Origin: an uncultured Candidatus Saccharibacteria bacterium
Lineage (GTDB): Bacteria > Patescibacteriota > CPR2 > UBA1875 > CAIMLA01
DNA length: 64,000 nt
NCBI GenBank assembly: GCA_964594415.1
Contig: CAZQLQ010000003.1
Coordinates: 6,224-70,223 of the forward strand
Reading direction: 5' to 3'
This document shows positions 39,807 to 48,792 of this stretch, piece by piece. Each line of letters opens with the position of its first letter. The first letter of the stretch is position 1. The notes under the pieces were generated by a model that saw only the letters and a program-made list of their open reading frames with translations, did no database searches and was not told the DNA's origin. A program made the translations under genes and the position numbers.

Positions 39807-40319
39807 ATGGACGCCATTAACAATATAATGACAAGGCGAAGTATTCGTGTGTTCAATGAAGAGCAAGTACCAGAATCTAAGATAGAAATAATCCTAAAGG
39901 CTGCTATGCAAGCACCAACAGCAAAAAATGTTCAGCCTTGGCATTTTGTAATCATAAAAGACCGAGAAACTCTTTCAAAGATTGCGAGTTTTCACCCGAC
40001 TGCACCAATGGCTGCAAATGCGCCGCTCGCTATAACAATATGCGGAGACACAACCTCAAAAATAGCACCTGATTGCTGGGTTTTAGACTGTGCAGCTGCC
40101 TCCGAAAACTTGCTGCTTGCAGCACACGCGATCGGTCTCGGAGCTGTTTGGACAGCAAATTATCCGATTAAAGACATTCAAATTTTTATGAAGAAGCTAC
40201 TGAATTTGCCTGAAAACATTGAGGCACATTCTACAATAATTCTCGGGTACCCAGGCCATCCCTACAATCCTCCCAAAGAGCGTTACAACTACGAAAGAAT
40301 TCATCAAGAAAAATGGTGA
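39807..40319 (+). CDS. Nitroreductase family protein
   Basis: MTRRSIRVF...QPWHFVIIKD, the classical nitroreductase/NADH oxidase fold signature; 170 aa. Confidence 0.75.
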   Translation: MDAINNIMTRRSIRVFNEEQVPESKIEIILKAAMQAPTAKNVQPWHFVIIKDRETLSKIASFHPTAPMAANAPLAITICGDTTSKIAPDCWVLDCAAASENLLLAAHAIGLGAVWTANYPIKDIQIFMKKLLNLPENIEAHSTIILGYPGHPYNPPKERYNYERIHQEKW

Positions 40320-40335
40320 AATATTAACAAAAACC

Positions 40336-40365
40336 TTAAATAAGAATTTGTTTTTATGCTATAAT
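40336..40365 (+). promoter_or_regulatory. Extended -10 promoter (TTAAAT-18-TGcTATAAT) giving a near-leaderless transcript for the NuoF-like gene
   Basis: TGCTATAAT at 40357..40365 ends 8 nt before the ATG at 40374. Confidence 0.4.
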
Positions 40366-40373
40366 TTTTCTAT

Positions 40374-41378
40374 ATGGAAGAACTACTTCAAAAAATCAAA
40401 AAGGCAAAACTTGTGGGTAGAGGGGGTGCAGAATTTCCAACTTATAAGAAGTGGGAAATGGTACGTTCTGCTCTTAGTGATAAAAAGTTTGTTATATGCA
40501 ATGCTAGCGAAGGCGAAATTGGTATATATAAAGATATCTGTATTCTAAATAATTACCCTGAGAGAGTCATGGACGGCATCATTCTAGCCCTAGACTTTTT
40601 GGAAGCCAACGAGGCCTATATAAACATCAACAAAAAATACTGGAAACAAGTCAAACAAAAATTTACACCAATTATTAATAAATATGAAATTTTAGGATAC
40701 AAAATAAATATTTTCGAAGAAGATCCCAGCTATATCGGCGGTGAAGAAACGGCTCTACTAAATGCAATCGAGGGACACAGGACTGAACCCAGACTGAAAC
40801 CACCTTTTCCGTCTGAAGTAGGACTGCACGGCCATCCAACGCTTATCCATAACGTAGAAACGCTCTATAACATCTCCTTAGTTAATGATGGATTATATAA
40901 GAATAACCGTTTTTATTGTATATCTGGTAAGGTAAAAAAACCTGGCGTGCACGTACTTTCAGAAAATCTGACTATTGCGGAAATATTAGATAAAACTGGA
41001 AATACTCCAAAATTTAATTTTTTTGTTCAAATTGGCGGAAGTGCTAGTGGACTAGTGCTGAACCAAGACCAGATAAAAAATCAGAGAATGATTGGAGCAG
41101 GTTCAATAGATGTTTATCCGATTTCAACTCCCCCTCGCTATATGTTTGACAAATGGTTTGATTTTTACCAAAAAGAGAGTTGTGGGAAATGCACCCCTTG
41201 CCGCGAAGGAACTTTTCAGCTTTATAAGATGGTAAAGGAAGAATGTGAATCCGACTTGAAATCAATGCTTGAAATAATAGAACTAATGGAAACCGCCTCT
41301 TTCTGTGCCTTAGGCAGGTCAATAGCAATTCCCGTAAAAAGTTATATCAAAAATGTTTTAAATTACAGAAAAAAGTAA
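40374..41378 (+). CDS. NuoF / HydB-like NADH-binding flavoprotein subunit (short, 334 aa)
   Basis: GRGGAEFPTYKKW NADH-site motif, GGEETALLNAIEG FMN-site motif, and the C-terminal 4Fe-4S CGKCTPCREG. Lacks the N- and C-terminal extensions of bifurcating HydB. Confidence 0.7.
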   Translation: MEELLQKIKKAKLVGRGGAEFPTYKKWEMVRSALSDKKFVICNASEGEIGIYKDICILNNYPERVMDGIILALDFLEANEAYININKKYWKQVKQKFTPIINKYEILGYKINIFEEDPSYIGGEETALLNAIEGHRTEPRLKPPFPSEVGLHGHPTLIHNVETLYNISLVNDGLYKNNRFYCISGKVKKPGVHVLSENLTIAEILDKTGNTPKFNFFVQIGGSASGLVLNQDQIKNQRMIGAGSIDVYPISTPPRYMFDKWFDFYQKESCGKCTPCREGTFQLYKMVKEECESDLKSMLEIIELMETASFCALGRSIAIPVKSYIKNVLNYRKK

Positions 41379-41379
41379 T

Positions 41380-43092
41380 ATGAAAAAAGAATATATACAA
41401 ATTGACGGTAAAAAGTATGAGTTCAGGACAGGAGAGTCTGTTCTTCAGGTCGCTATCCGAAATAACATTGATATCCCTCACTTCTGCTATCATGAAGATC
41501 TGCAGACAGAGGCACGATGCAGAGCTTGTTTAGTCGAAAACCTAAAAGACAATAAAATTGTTACTTCCTGTACCCTACCTGCCAGGCATTTATTAAAAGT
41601 TTCGACAAAAGGAAAAACGTTAGAAAAATTAAGAAAAGAAAACCTAGAATTACTTCTTGCCAGCCATAAAGAAAATTGCTCCAATTGCAAGGCTGGATAC
41701 TTCTGCAAAACAGCAGAGGAAATGAAGAAATACAAAATCTCAGGAACAAAGTATAAAAAACAAAAAATTAATAAACCAGTTCATAAGATGGCGACTGCTG
41801 CAGAAATAGATCCAAATACCTGTATCGCCTGCAATAAATGCGTACAAGTATGCCAAAGAGTTGGCATAGGCTTCCTTGAATTAAAGGAAAAGGGATCGCA
41901 TACACATTCTAGCTATAACGATAACGCGAGTATTGATTGTATATATTGCGGACAGTGCACACTACATTGTCCCGTAAATGCAGCCCGTGAACAGTCTCAA
42001 ATAAAAGAAGTCGAGGCAGCAATAAAGGATAAGAAAAAAATAGTAATCGCCCAAGCGGCCCCCTCTATCCGTGCTTCTATCGGGGAAGAATTTGGGTGCA
42101 AACCAGGAAAAGTACTCACAGGACAGATGTATACCGCTATGAGAATGCTGGGCTTTGATAAAATCTTTGATGTTAATATGGGTGCAGATATTACAACCAT
42201 CGTTGAGGCAAAAGAGCTTGTTGAAAGAATAAAGACAGGTAAAAATCTGCCAATGTTTACTTCTTGTTGCCCGGGATGGGTAAAATTTGTTGAATTTTAT
42301 CACCCTGAATTAATCCCAAATCTGACTACCTCAAGGTCCCCCCAAATTCATGCAGGTGCTGCATATAAAACATGGTGGGCAAAAAAGGAGAATATAGATC
42401 CCAAAAACATAGTAGTAGTTTCTATCATGCCTTGCACTTCAAAAAAATATGAAGCAAAAAATCCAGATTTGAAGGTTGAAGGAAATTTTCCCGTTGATTA
42501 TGTCCTCACAACCCGTGAATTCGCATCATTGCTTAAGAAGAATAATATCAATTTGCCAAAACTAACTCCTAGCAAGGTTGATATTTATGGTGAATATTCA
42601 GGCGCTGCTGCTATTTATGGGGCATCCGGAGGCGTAATGGAGTCAGCTCTTAGAACTGCTTACTTTGATATGACCAGAGATGAACTGAAAAAAGTTGACT
42701 TTGAAACCGTAAGAGGAATGGATGGCATTAAAAAAGCTGAAGTAAAAATTGGGAACAGAACCATCAAAGTAGCTGTCGTGACGACACCCAAAAACGCTCG
42801 CTTAATTATCGGGGAACTAAAAGAAAACCCGAAGGCCTATGACTATATAGAAGTCATGGCTTGCCCTGGAGGTTGTATCGGTGGGGGTGGACAGCCTATT
42901 CCTACTACTGACAAGATTGTTATGGAAAGAATAAAAGCCCTTTACCAAATTGACTCCAAATCTAAGATTAGAAAAGCACACCTCAATCCGGTAGTTGAAG
43001 ATTTTTTCAGGGATTATGTCGGTAAACTGCCCAGGGAAAAACAGATCGAAATTCTTTACAGAGGATACTCACCAAAGAAAAAATTTGAATAG
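41380..43092 (+). CDS. hydA: [FeFe]-hydrogenase catalytic subunit HydA (monomeric CpI-like architecture)
   Basis: N-terminal 2Fe-2S ferredoxin cysteines, two 4Fe-4S motifs (CIACNKCVQVC and CIYCGQCTLHCP), and H-cluster motifs L1 FTSCCPGW, L2 MPCTSKKYE and L3 EVMACPGGCIGGGGQP. Confidence 0.85.
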   Translation: MKKEYIQIDGKKYEFRTGESVLQVAIRNNIDIPHFCYHEDLQTEARCRACLVENLKDNKIVTSCTLPARHLLKVSTKGKTLEKLRKENLELLLASHKENCSNCKAGYFCKTAEEMKKYKISGTKYKKQKINKPVHKMATAAEIDPNTCIACNKCVQVCQRVGIGFLELKEKGSHTHSSYNDNASIDCIYCGQCTLHCPVNAAREQSQIKEVEAAIKDKKKIVIAQAAPSIRASIGEEFGCKPGKVLTGQMYTAMRMLGFDKIFDVNMGADITTIVEAKELVERIKTGKNLPMFTSCCPGWVKFVEFYHPELIPNLTTSRSPQIHAGAAYKTWWAKKENIDPKNIVVVSIMPCTSKKYEAKNPDLKVEGNFPVDYVLTTREFASLLKKNNINLPKLTPSKVDIYGEYSGAAAIYGASGGVMESALRTAYFDMTRDELKKVDFETVRGMDGIKKAEVKIGNRTIKVAVVTTPKNARLIIGELKENPKAYDYIEVMACPGGCIGGGGQPIPTTDKIVMERIKALYQIDSKSKIRKAHLNPVVEDFFRDYVGKLPREKQIEILYRGYSPKKKFE

Positions 43093-43140
43093 CAAAAACG
43101 ACAATTGGAAAGTTTGAATAAATTACTTTTTCCAACATCA

Positions 43141-43168
43141 AAAAAACCGGCCGAAAGGCCGGTTTTAT
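43141..43168. terminator. Bidirectional rho-independent terminator between convergent hydA and hppA
   Basis: aaaaccggcc-gaaa-ggccggtttt. Confidence 0.7.
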
Positions 43169-43184
43169 AATATTTACCCTTATT

Positions 43185-45248
43185 TTATATGGCTATAAGC
43201 CCCACAAGGAGTAAGGCAACAATGTTTAAGATTTTGATCATTGGATTTATAGCAGGACCAGCAGTGTCTTTGTAAGGATCGCCAACAGTATCTCCTGTTA
43301 CTGCGGCCTGGTGAGCAAAAGAACCCTTTCCTCCATAATTCCCTTCTTCGATATATTTCTTTGCATTGTCCCAAGCCCCACCGCCTGAGGTCATTGAAAT
43401 TGCAACAAATATACCAGTTACTATAGATCCTACGAGGAGTCCGCCCATCATTTTAGCACCGGCTTCGACCCCAATAAATCTACCGATAATTACAACTACC
43501 ACCGGAGCAAGAACAGGGATAAGTGCAGGAACAATCATCTGACTAATTGCAGATTGTGTAACAATATCAACACATTTTCCATATTCAGGTTTTTCTTTTC
43601 CGCTCATTATTCCTTTGATTTCCTTGAACTGCCTTCTAACTTCTTCAACTACAGAACCAGCTGCCTTCCCGACAGCTTCCATCGAAAGTGCGCCAAATAC
43701 GTAAGGAAGCATCCCCCCAAAAAACAAGCCGACAAGCACATAGGGGTCTGATAAATTAAATTGGATATCCACCCCTTTCTTAACCAATTCTTCTACAAAA
43801 GCCGAGAAAAGTACTATTGCAGCAAGGCCGGCTGAAGCAATAGCATAACCCTTAGTAACAGCCTTTGTAGTATTGCCTACCGCATCAAGTGGATCGGTAA
43901 TGTCTCTAACTTCTTTAGGAAGTTCAGCCATTTCTGCTATACCACCCGCATTATCAGTAATAGGACCATAGGCATCAATCGCAATTATTATTCCAGCCAT
44001 TGAAAGCATACTCATTGCCGCAATCGCAACTCCATAAACCTCCGCCATCGTGTAAGCTATTAAAATACCAATACCGATCAAAATAACTGGATAAGCAGTA
44101 GATTTCATACTAACTGCAAGGCCTGTAATTATATTTGTGCCGTGACCACTTTCTGAGGACTTGGCAATTGACCTTACCGGTGCGTACTTGGTAGAAGTAA
44201 AATACTCGGTAATTATTACCATTCCAGCTGTAACTACCAACCCCACAAGAGTACAGATGAAAATATCTCTGGTAGCATAGGTGTCATTTCCGTCCATCAT
44301 ATTAAAAGTAATGAAATAAAAAACGACAGCCGAAAGAACAGCTGATGCCCCAAGTCCCTTGTAAAGAGCGTTCATTATGTTTTTATCTTTTCCAAGTTTG
44401 ATGAAATAAACCCCGATAATAGAAGCAACTATAGAAGCACCGCCAAGTACTAATGGATACAAAATTGCATTTTCATAATTTGGCATGATCTGGCTTGCAA
44501 GCAGAATTGCTGCAACTGCAGTAACTGCATAGGTTTCAAAAAGATCTGCGGCCATACCGGCACAATCACCAACATTATCACCAACGTTGTCAGCAATAAC
44601 AGCTGGGTTGCGAGGATCGTCCTCAGGAATACCAGCTTCGATTTTACCAACGAGATCAGCCCCTACGTCAGCTCCTTTTGTAAATATTCCCCCGCCAAGT
44701 CTAGCAAATATAGATATAAGGCTTCCACCAAAACCAAGTCCAACTAAAGCTCCTACGCTTTTAGTCGGATCCCATGTTTCCGAAGCCATAAGTAGCGCTA
44801 AAAATCCCGAAACTACCAAAAGAGCTAGACCAACAACCATAAAGCCTGTTACCGTCCCGCCCTTCACGGCAACATCAAGAGCTTTTTTCATTCCGTGCCT
44901 TGCGGCTTCGGCAGTCCTTACGTTTGCCTTTACTGAAACATTCATCCCGATATATCCCGCCAAGGCAGAAGCAGCTGCACCCAACAAAAAACCAAATGCA
45001 GTATATTGCCCAATTTCTGTCTTGAATCCTAAAGCAAATAAAAGTACGGCAAACACAGCTACCGCAACATAAAAGATAGTTCTGTATTGTCTATTCAGAT
45101 AAGCTTTTGCACCTTCCTGAATTGCTGAAGCTATTTGCTTCATTTTTTCGTTTCCTTCGTCCTGTTTTAGCACCCATAGGATCAGATAAACCCCATATAG
45201 GATAGCAAGGACCGAAGACAAGAGAGCATAGATCAAATAATAACTCAT
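43185..45248 (-). CDS. hppA: Membrane-bound H+(or Na+)-translocating pyrophosphatase
   Basis: 687 aa with about 16 TM helices and the conserved [17 protein letters not shown] and DNVGDNVGD motifs. Confidence 0.95.
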   Translation of the reverse strand: MSYYLIYALLSSVLAILYGVYLILWVLKQDEGNEKMKQIASAIQEGAKAYLNRQYRTIFYVAVAVFAVLLFALGFKTEIGQYTAFGFLLGAAASALAGYIGMNVSVKANVRTAEAARHGMKKALDVAVKGGTVTGFMVVGLALLVVSGFLALLMASETWDPTKSVGALVGLGFGGSLISIFARLGGGIFTKGADVGADLVGKIEAGIPEDDPRNPAVIADNVGDNVGDCAGMAADLFETYAVTAVAAILLASQIMPNYENAILYPLVLGGASIVASIIGVYFIKLGKDKNIMNALYKGLGASAVLSAVVFYFITFNMMDGNDTYATRDIFICTLVGLVVTAGMVIITEYFTSTKYAPVRSIAKSSESGHGTNIITGLAVSMKSTAYPVILIGIGILIAYTMAEVYGVAIAAMSMLSMAGIIIAIDAYGPITDNAGGIAEMAELPKEVRDITDPLDAVGNTTKAVTKGYAIASAGLAAIVLFSAFVEELVKKGVDIQFNLSDPYVLVGLFFGGMLPYVFGALSMEAVGKAAGSVVEEVRRQFKEIKGIMSGKEKPEYGKCVDIVTQSAISQMIVPALIPVLAPVVVVIIGRFIGVEAGAKMMGGLLVGSIVTGIFVAISMTSGGGAWDNAKKYIEEGNYGGKGSFAHQAAVTGDTVGDPYKDTAGPAINPMIKILNIVALLLVGLIAI

Positions 45249-45496
45249 AATTTCTACTCCTTTTAGTTAATAACTTAAACTTTATAAAAAAATGGAGGCC
45301 TCACTCCAAAGGTAATTTTAGCATAAACCGCTACAAAAAGCTATAAAAATTTTTTTTCTCGTCATTGCTGGTGACAATTCAAGAATCTAGCAAGAAAAAC
45401 AAGAATTTTAAATAACTAAAACTAATTTAAATTTCAATAAGGCTTTGAGCAGTTTGCTTTCAGGGTCCCCGAAAAATTTATATTTTTTGGGGTGTT

Positions 45497-47230
45497 TTAA
45501 TGCGGGTATTTATCGGGCGAGTCATATTTTGATGTAAATCTATCATTATCAGTTAACTTCCCTAAAGAATCATAAATATGCCGATAAAATAACGCTGTAA
45601 AAGAATTATTCCCTCTCAATCCGTAATCATAAATATAAGGCGTTACGTTCTCAACAAGATCAACTGCCCCTGTTGCGTTTTGATTCCCAGAAAATTTAAC
45701 AGTTCTTGCAACTTTTGTACCATAAAAATCAAAGTACAATCTAGTCCCTACCACTCTAGTCTGAATTAATATGTAATGTCCTGTATCATTTTTGAATTTC
45801 AGATCTGGGCTAGGTATATAGATTGTCGCATCTGTACCATACGGCTTATAGTATGTTACAGGATAGGCATGCGCCCTGCGTTCAACTATAGGTAGCCCCG
45901 CGTTCAGTGCTGCCCGAAAAGCGGTTGAGGAAACTTGACACAGTCCGCCTCCGTATTCAGGAACAGTCTTGTCGTCCAATATTACTAGTTCGGGGAGGTA
46001 TCCCGTAGAAGCATCCACTGCCCCAAGCGTTTCTACAAATGAAAATTCCTCGTCGGGCTTTATCAAAATACCATTAAATTTAGATGCGCCATTTTTTACG
46101 TTATGAATTCTGTTTTTTGGCGAACCTGCAAAGTTCGACCATCCAGTTGAAATAAGTTCGGTTATACCAAGATTATTCAAACTGCCTTCAGTTACTTCAG
46201 GGTCATCTGCGTCTATCTTCAATACAATCTCTTTATGCTCGTTCAGTGCAGATTCTTTGATTTTTAACAGTGTATCAGCAATGTCCAGCGTATATCCGAC
46301 TTGCGAGGGGACAAAAACCGTTGCTTTCCCGTTCGCGATAGTCAGCTCGGCGTTTATTCCCACTTGATTTACCTTGCTTGCAACTGTATTCTCTAACCAA
46401 TTAATAATTTTTGCGTTATCAAAATAGTCATATTCATCTTCTTTATCAGAAAAATACTTGGGAAGTCTAATATCGCTTCCTATTTCCTGATTAGAAATTT
46501 TCATCCAGCCTTTGAGCGTGTTTATATCAATAACAAAATCTCCCCTGGATGATTTTAAAGTAATTTCCTTGCCTACAATCTGTTCAGTTATCGCCAGAAT
46601 GTTTTCTAATTCTTTACTTGTAATCACTGGCGTAATAGTTTTTGTTTTAAGTGATATATTCCCGTCAAAGTTTGACAAGCCTCTAGCCAGCTCCTCACGA
46701 CTGTTAGCGAGCAATAGGATCTTTCCATTTTTTTCGGTAATTATCTTTGAAGTGCCATCAAACTTGATGCTAGCGTTTACGGGCAAAACCCGATTTTTCT
46801 CAGACTCATTAAGTAGCAGTTTCGAGATTGCTTCCGTATTTATTTCCACTACAGCACTGTGTTCCTGCCTAAAAATTGGCCTGAGTGTCAAGTATCCCAA
46901 CCTTTGCTTTAATAAAGCTTCGCTATATGTTTTATCGACATCAAATGAAGTTACGAGATCTTTTACTGGGTATTTCCCGGTACCGACAATAACTGTGGAG
47001 TTCTGATACTCTAACCATCTTTTATTCAATAGCTCCTTTGCTGATTTTTCACTTTTAAAATCACAGTTTATTCCAGCAATTTTTACTAGTCCAAGTGTGT
47101 TATAAAAAATTAATGATTCCAAAAAAATCACAAAGATATAAGCACCGAAAAAAAAGCCAAACATTTTTACTATCTGTTTGGCAAGTTTATGTCTTCGTAA
47201 TTCTTCTTTTTTTTCTTCCTTTTTCCCCAT
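45497..47230 (-). CDS. VanW-family protein (YoaR-like) with an N-terminal TM anchor
   Basis: VanW domain signature GGGLCQVSSTAFRAALNAGLPIVERRAH at the C-terminus. N-terminal TM helix and putative PG-binding repeats. Confidence 0.7.
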   Translation of the reverse strand: MGKKEEKKEELRRHKLAKQIVKMFGFFFGAYIFVIFLESLIFYNTLGLVKIAGINCDFKSEKSAKELLNKRWLEYQNSTVIVGTGKYPVKDLVTSFDVDKTYSEALLKQRLGYLTLRPIFRQEHSAVVEINTEAISKLLLNESEKNRVLPVNASIKFDGTSKIITEKNGKILLLANSREELARGLSNFDGNISLKTKTITPVITSKELENILAITEQIVGKEITLKSSRGDFVIDINTLKGWMKISNQEIGSDIRLPKYFSDKEDEYDYFDNAKIINWLENTVASKVNQVGINAELTIANGKATVFVPSQVGYTLDIADTLLKIKESALNEHKEIVLKIDADDPEVTEGSLNNLGITELISTGWSNFAGSPKNRIHNVKNGASKFNGILIKPDEEFSFVETLGAVDASTGYLPELVILDDKTVPEYGGGLCQVSSTAFRAALNAGLPIVERRAHAYPVTYYKPYGTDATIYIPSPDLKFKNDTGHYILIQTRVVGTRLYFDFYGTKVARTVKFSGNQNATGAVDLVENVTPYIYDYGLRGNNSFTALFYRHIYDSLGKLTDNDRFTSKYDSPDKYPH

Positions 47231-47452
47231 TTATTCTTTCTTCAGTATCTCATTTAGAATAGCCTTCGCCAATTCTTCTCTTTCTTTTTCTGCATCTTTA
47301 TCATTTAGAGCACTTAAAACTAAACAACCACCCTCATGAGAACCTGTAGGGAGATTTTTCTTTGGCCAAAGTATTTCATTTCCATCATATCTCAAAACGG
47401 CGAAATCACCCTCAATTCGATCAATAACAACCCTAAGAACTGTTTTTTTCAT
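47231..47452 (-). CDS. DUF3006 domain protein
   Basis: 73 aa with VIDRIEGDFAVLRYDG...LP.GSHEGGCLV, typical of DUF3006. It abuts the VanW start. Confidence 0.6.
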   Translation of the reverse strand: MKKTVLRVVIDRIEGDFAVLRYDGNEILWPKKNLPTGSHEGGCLVLSALNDKDAEKEREELAKAILNEILKKE

Positions 47453-47485
47453 AAAAAATCTCCTTTTCTAGGTAGATTTTATACG

Positions 47486-47600
47486 AAAACCAGCCCAAAG
47501 TCACGAGAAAAGGAATATTATTTGAAAGTTACATATAAAAAAATTAGAGTTAACAAGAATAAAAAAGTTACTAGATATCTAGCAACTTTATATGCTTTTT
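47486..47600. repeat. About 115-bp direct repeat, copy A (overlaps the 3' end of gene 47518..48066)
   Basis: aaaaccagcccaaagtcacgagaaaaggaatattatttgaaagttacatataaaaaaattagagttaacaagaataaaaaagttactagatatctagcaactttatatgcttttt. Confidence 0.85.
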
Positions 47601-48066
47601 CAATTTCTTTGTTACTTCCTTGTTTACAAGGCTGCTTTTTTGTTGAGCGAAAAAAGAATATATTTATTATTGATGCTATTAACGAAGGAACGCCAAAAAT
47701 TAAATAATAAATCCCATATATATAACCTACCAATCCGGACCAGTCACCAAAGCTAGCACATATCTTTATAAAAACTAAAAGAATAAGTAGAATCAGGACA
47801 TTTAAGACCAAAGACAAATAAACTGCATGCTTGATTTTTTCTTCATGTCTTTCATATAAGTAAGTTTCTAAAAGAGTCATAACAATAAATACAGCAATAG
47901 CACAATAAATCAATAATGACGAATCCATTTCAATAACTGGACATATGAAATTGATGGCTACAAAATAAATCGAGATAAAAGAAATTCCAAATAAACCGGA
48001 AGAAACTAACTTAGCCCAACTAAAATTAGCAGTTTTTCTTTTTTTATTTAATTTTGTTTTGCTCAT
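47518..48066 (-). CDS. Polytopic membrane protein, hypothetical (182 aa). The last 27 codons are encoded by repeat copy A.
   Basis: Four or five TM helices. The N-terminal KKRK motif is shared with the 48324..48770 paralog. Confidence 0.5.
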   Translation of the reverse strand: MSKTKLNKKRKTANFSWAKLVSSGLFGISFISIYFVAINFICPVIEMDSSLLIYCAIAVFIVMTLLETYLYERHEEKIKHAVYLSLVLNVLILLILLVFIKICASFGDWSGLVGYIYGIYYLIFGVPSLIASIINIFFFRSTKKQPCKQGSNKEIEKAYKVARYLVTFLFLLTLIFLYVTFK

Positions 48067-48103
48067 CTTCCATCTTCCCTCCTCATAAGCAAATTTTACA
48101 CAA

Positions 48104-48218
48104 AAACCAGCCCAAAGTCACGAGAAAAGGAATATTATTTGAAAGTTACATATAAAAAAATTAGAGTTAACAAGAATAAAAAAGTTACTAGATATCTAGC
48201 AACTTTATATGCTTTTTA
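48104..48218. repeat. About 115-bp direct repeat, copy B (noncoding, upstream of gene 47518..48066)
   Basis: Near-identical to 47486..47600. In the gene frame it carries an in-frame stop before the repeated 26 codons, so here it is a dead 3' gene fragment. Confidence 0.85.
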
Positions 48219-48323
48219 AATTTATTATTGTCATTCCTTCTGATGCTTCTCTCTCCTTGAGTTTATGAAAATTATATTTATTACAGATTCCGTTTAAGTC
48301 CTACAAACAACTTAATAAATTAT

Positions 48324-48770
48324 TTATTGCCTTATTTTAGTCAATCCTCTCCAACTCATGAAAGAAGAATAAATGAATAACGGGGCAATAATAAAAATTA
48401 CCCTTATATAGTAAGACCATAATATGGAATATATAGTATTATTTAGATTACTAGTATTTACGATTTCATACAGACTCAAAGCAAACACGATTAAATAAAA
48501 AATGAATAAAAGCTTTGAGATAAATACCCTTATTAAAGGATTAAAGATACTAAAAGTAAAAATGAAAAAATTGATTATTAGAAAAATAAAAAATATTAAT
48601 TTTTGTAAGCAACCATACTGATAGAATAAAGAGTACACAAAAGAAGTAGCCATTAATATTGGCACATAAGAAATAACAAAAAAAACCCCTGAATAATTAG
48701 TAACCTTTTTATTTCTTTTCTTTTTTATTTTTATCTTTGAAATATTTTCCACAACAAAATAATAGCACAA
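48324..48770 (-). CDS. Polytopic membrane protein, hypothetical (148 aa), in a very AT-rich segment
   Basis: Hydrophobic throughout. Lys-rich N-terminus (KIKIKKKRNKK) resembling that of the 182-aa neighbour. Confidence 0.4.
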   Translation of the reverse strand: MCYYFVVENISKIKIKKKRNKKVTNYSGVFFVISYVPILMATSFVYSLFYQYGCLQKLIFFIFLIINFFIFTFSIFNPLIRVFISKLLFIFYLIVFALSLYEIVNTSNLNNTIYSILWSYYIRVIFIIAPLFIYSSFMSWRGLTKIRQ

Positions 48771-48792
48771 GAAAACTTAAAATGTGAGCATC

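Noticed and set aside
40348-40548. ORF 40348..40548 (+) overlapping the start of the NuoF-like gene
   Set aside because: It is out of frame with the motif-supported NuoF-like ORF, and the promoter -10 element lies inside it.
47336-47707. ORF 47336..47707 (+, 123 aa)
   Set aside because: It lies antisense to the DUF3006 gene and the 182-aa membrane-protein gene and runs through the 115-bp repeat. Its composition is Lys/Asn-rich low complexity. The repeat is better interpreted as a duplicated gene 3' end.
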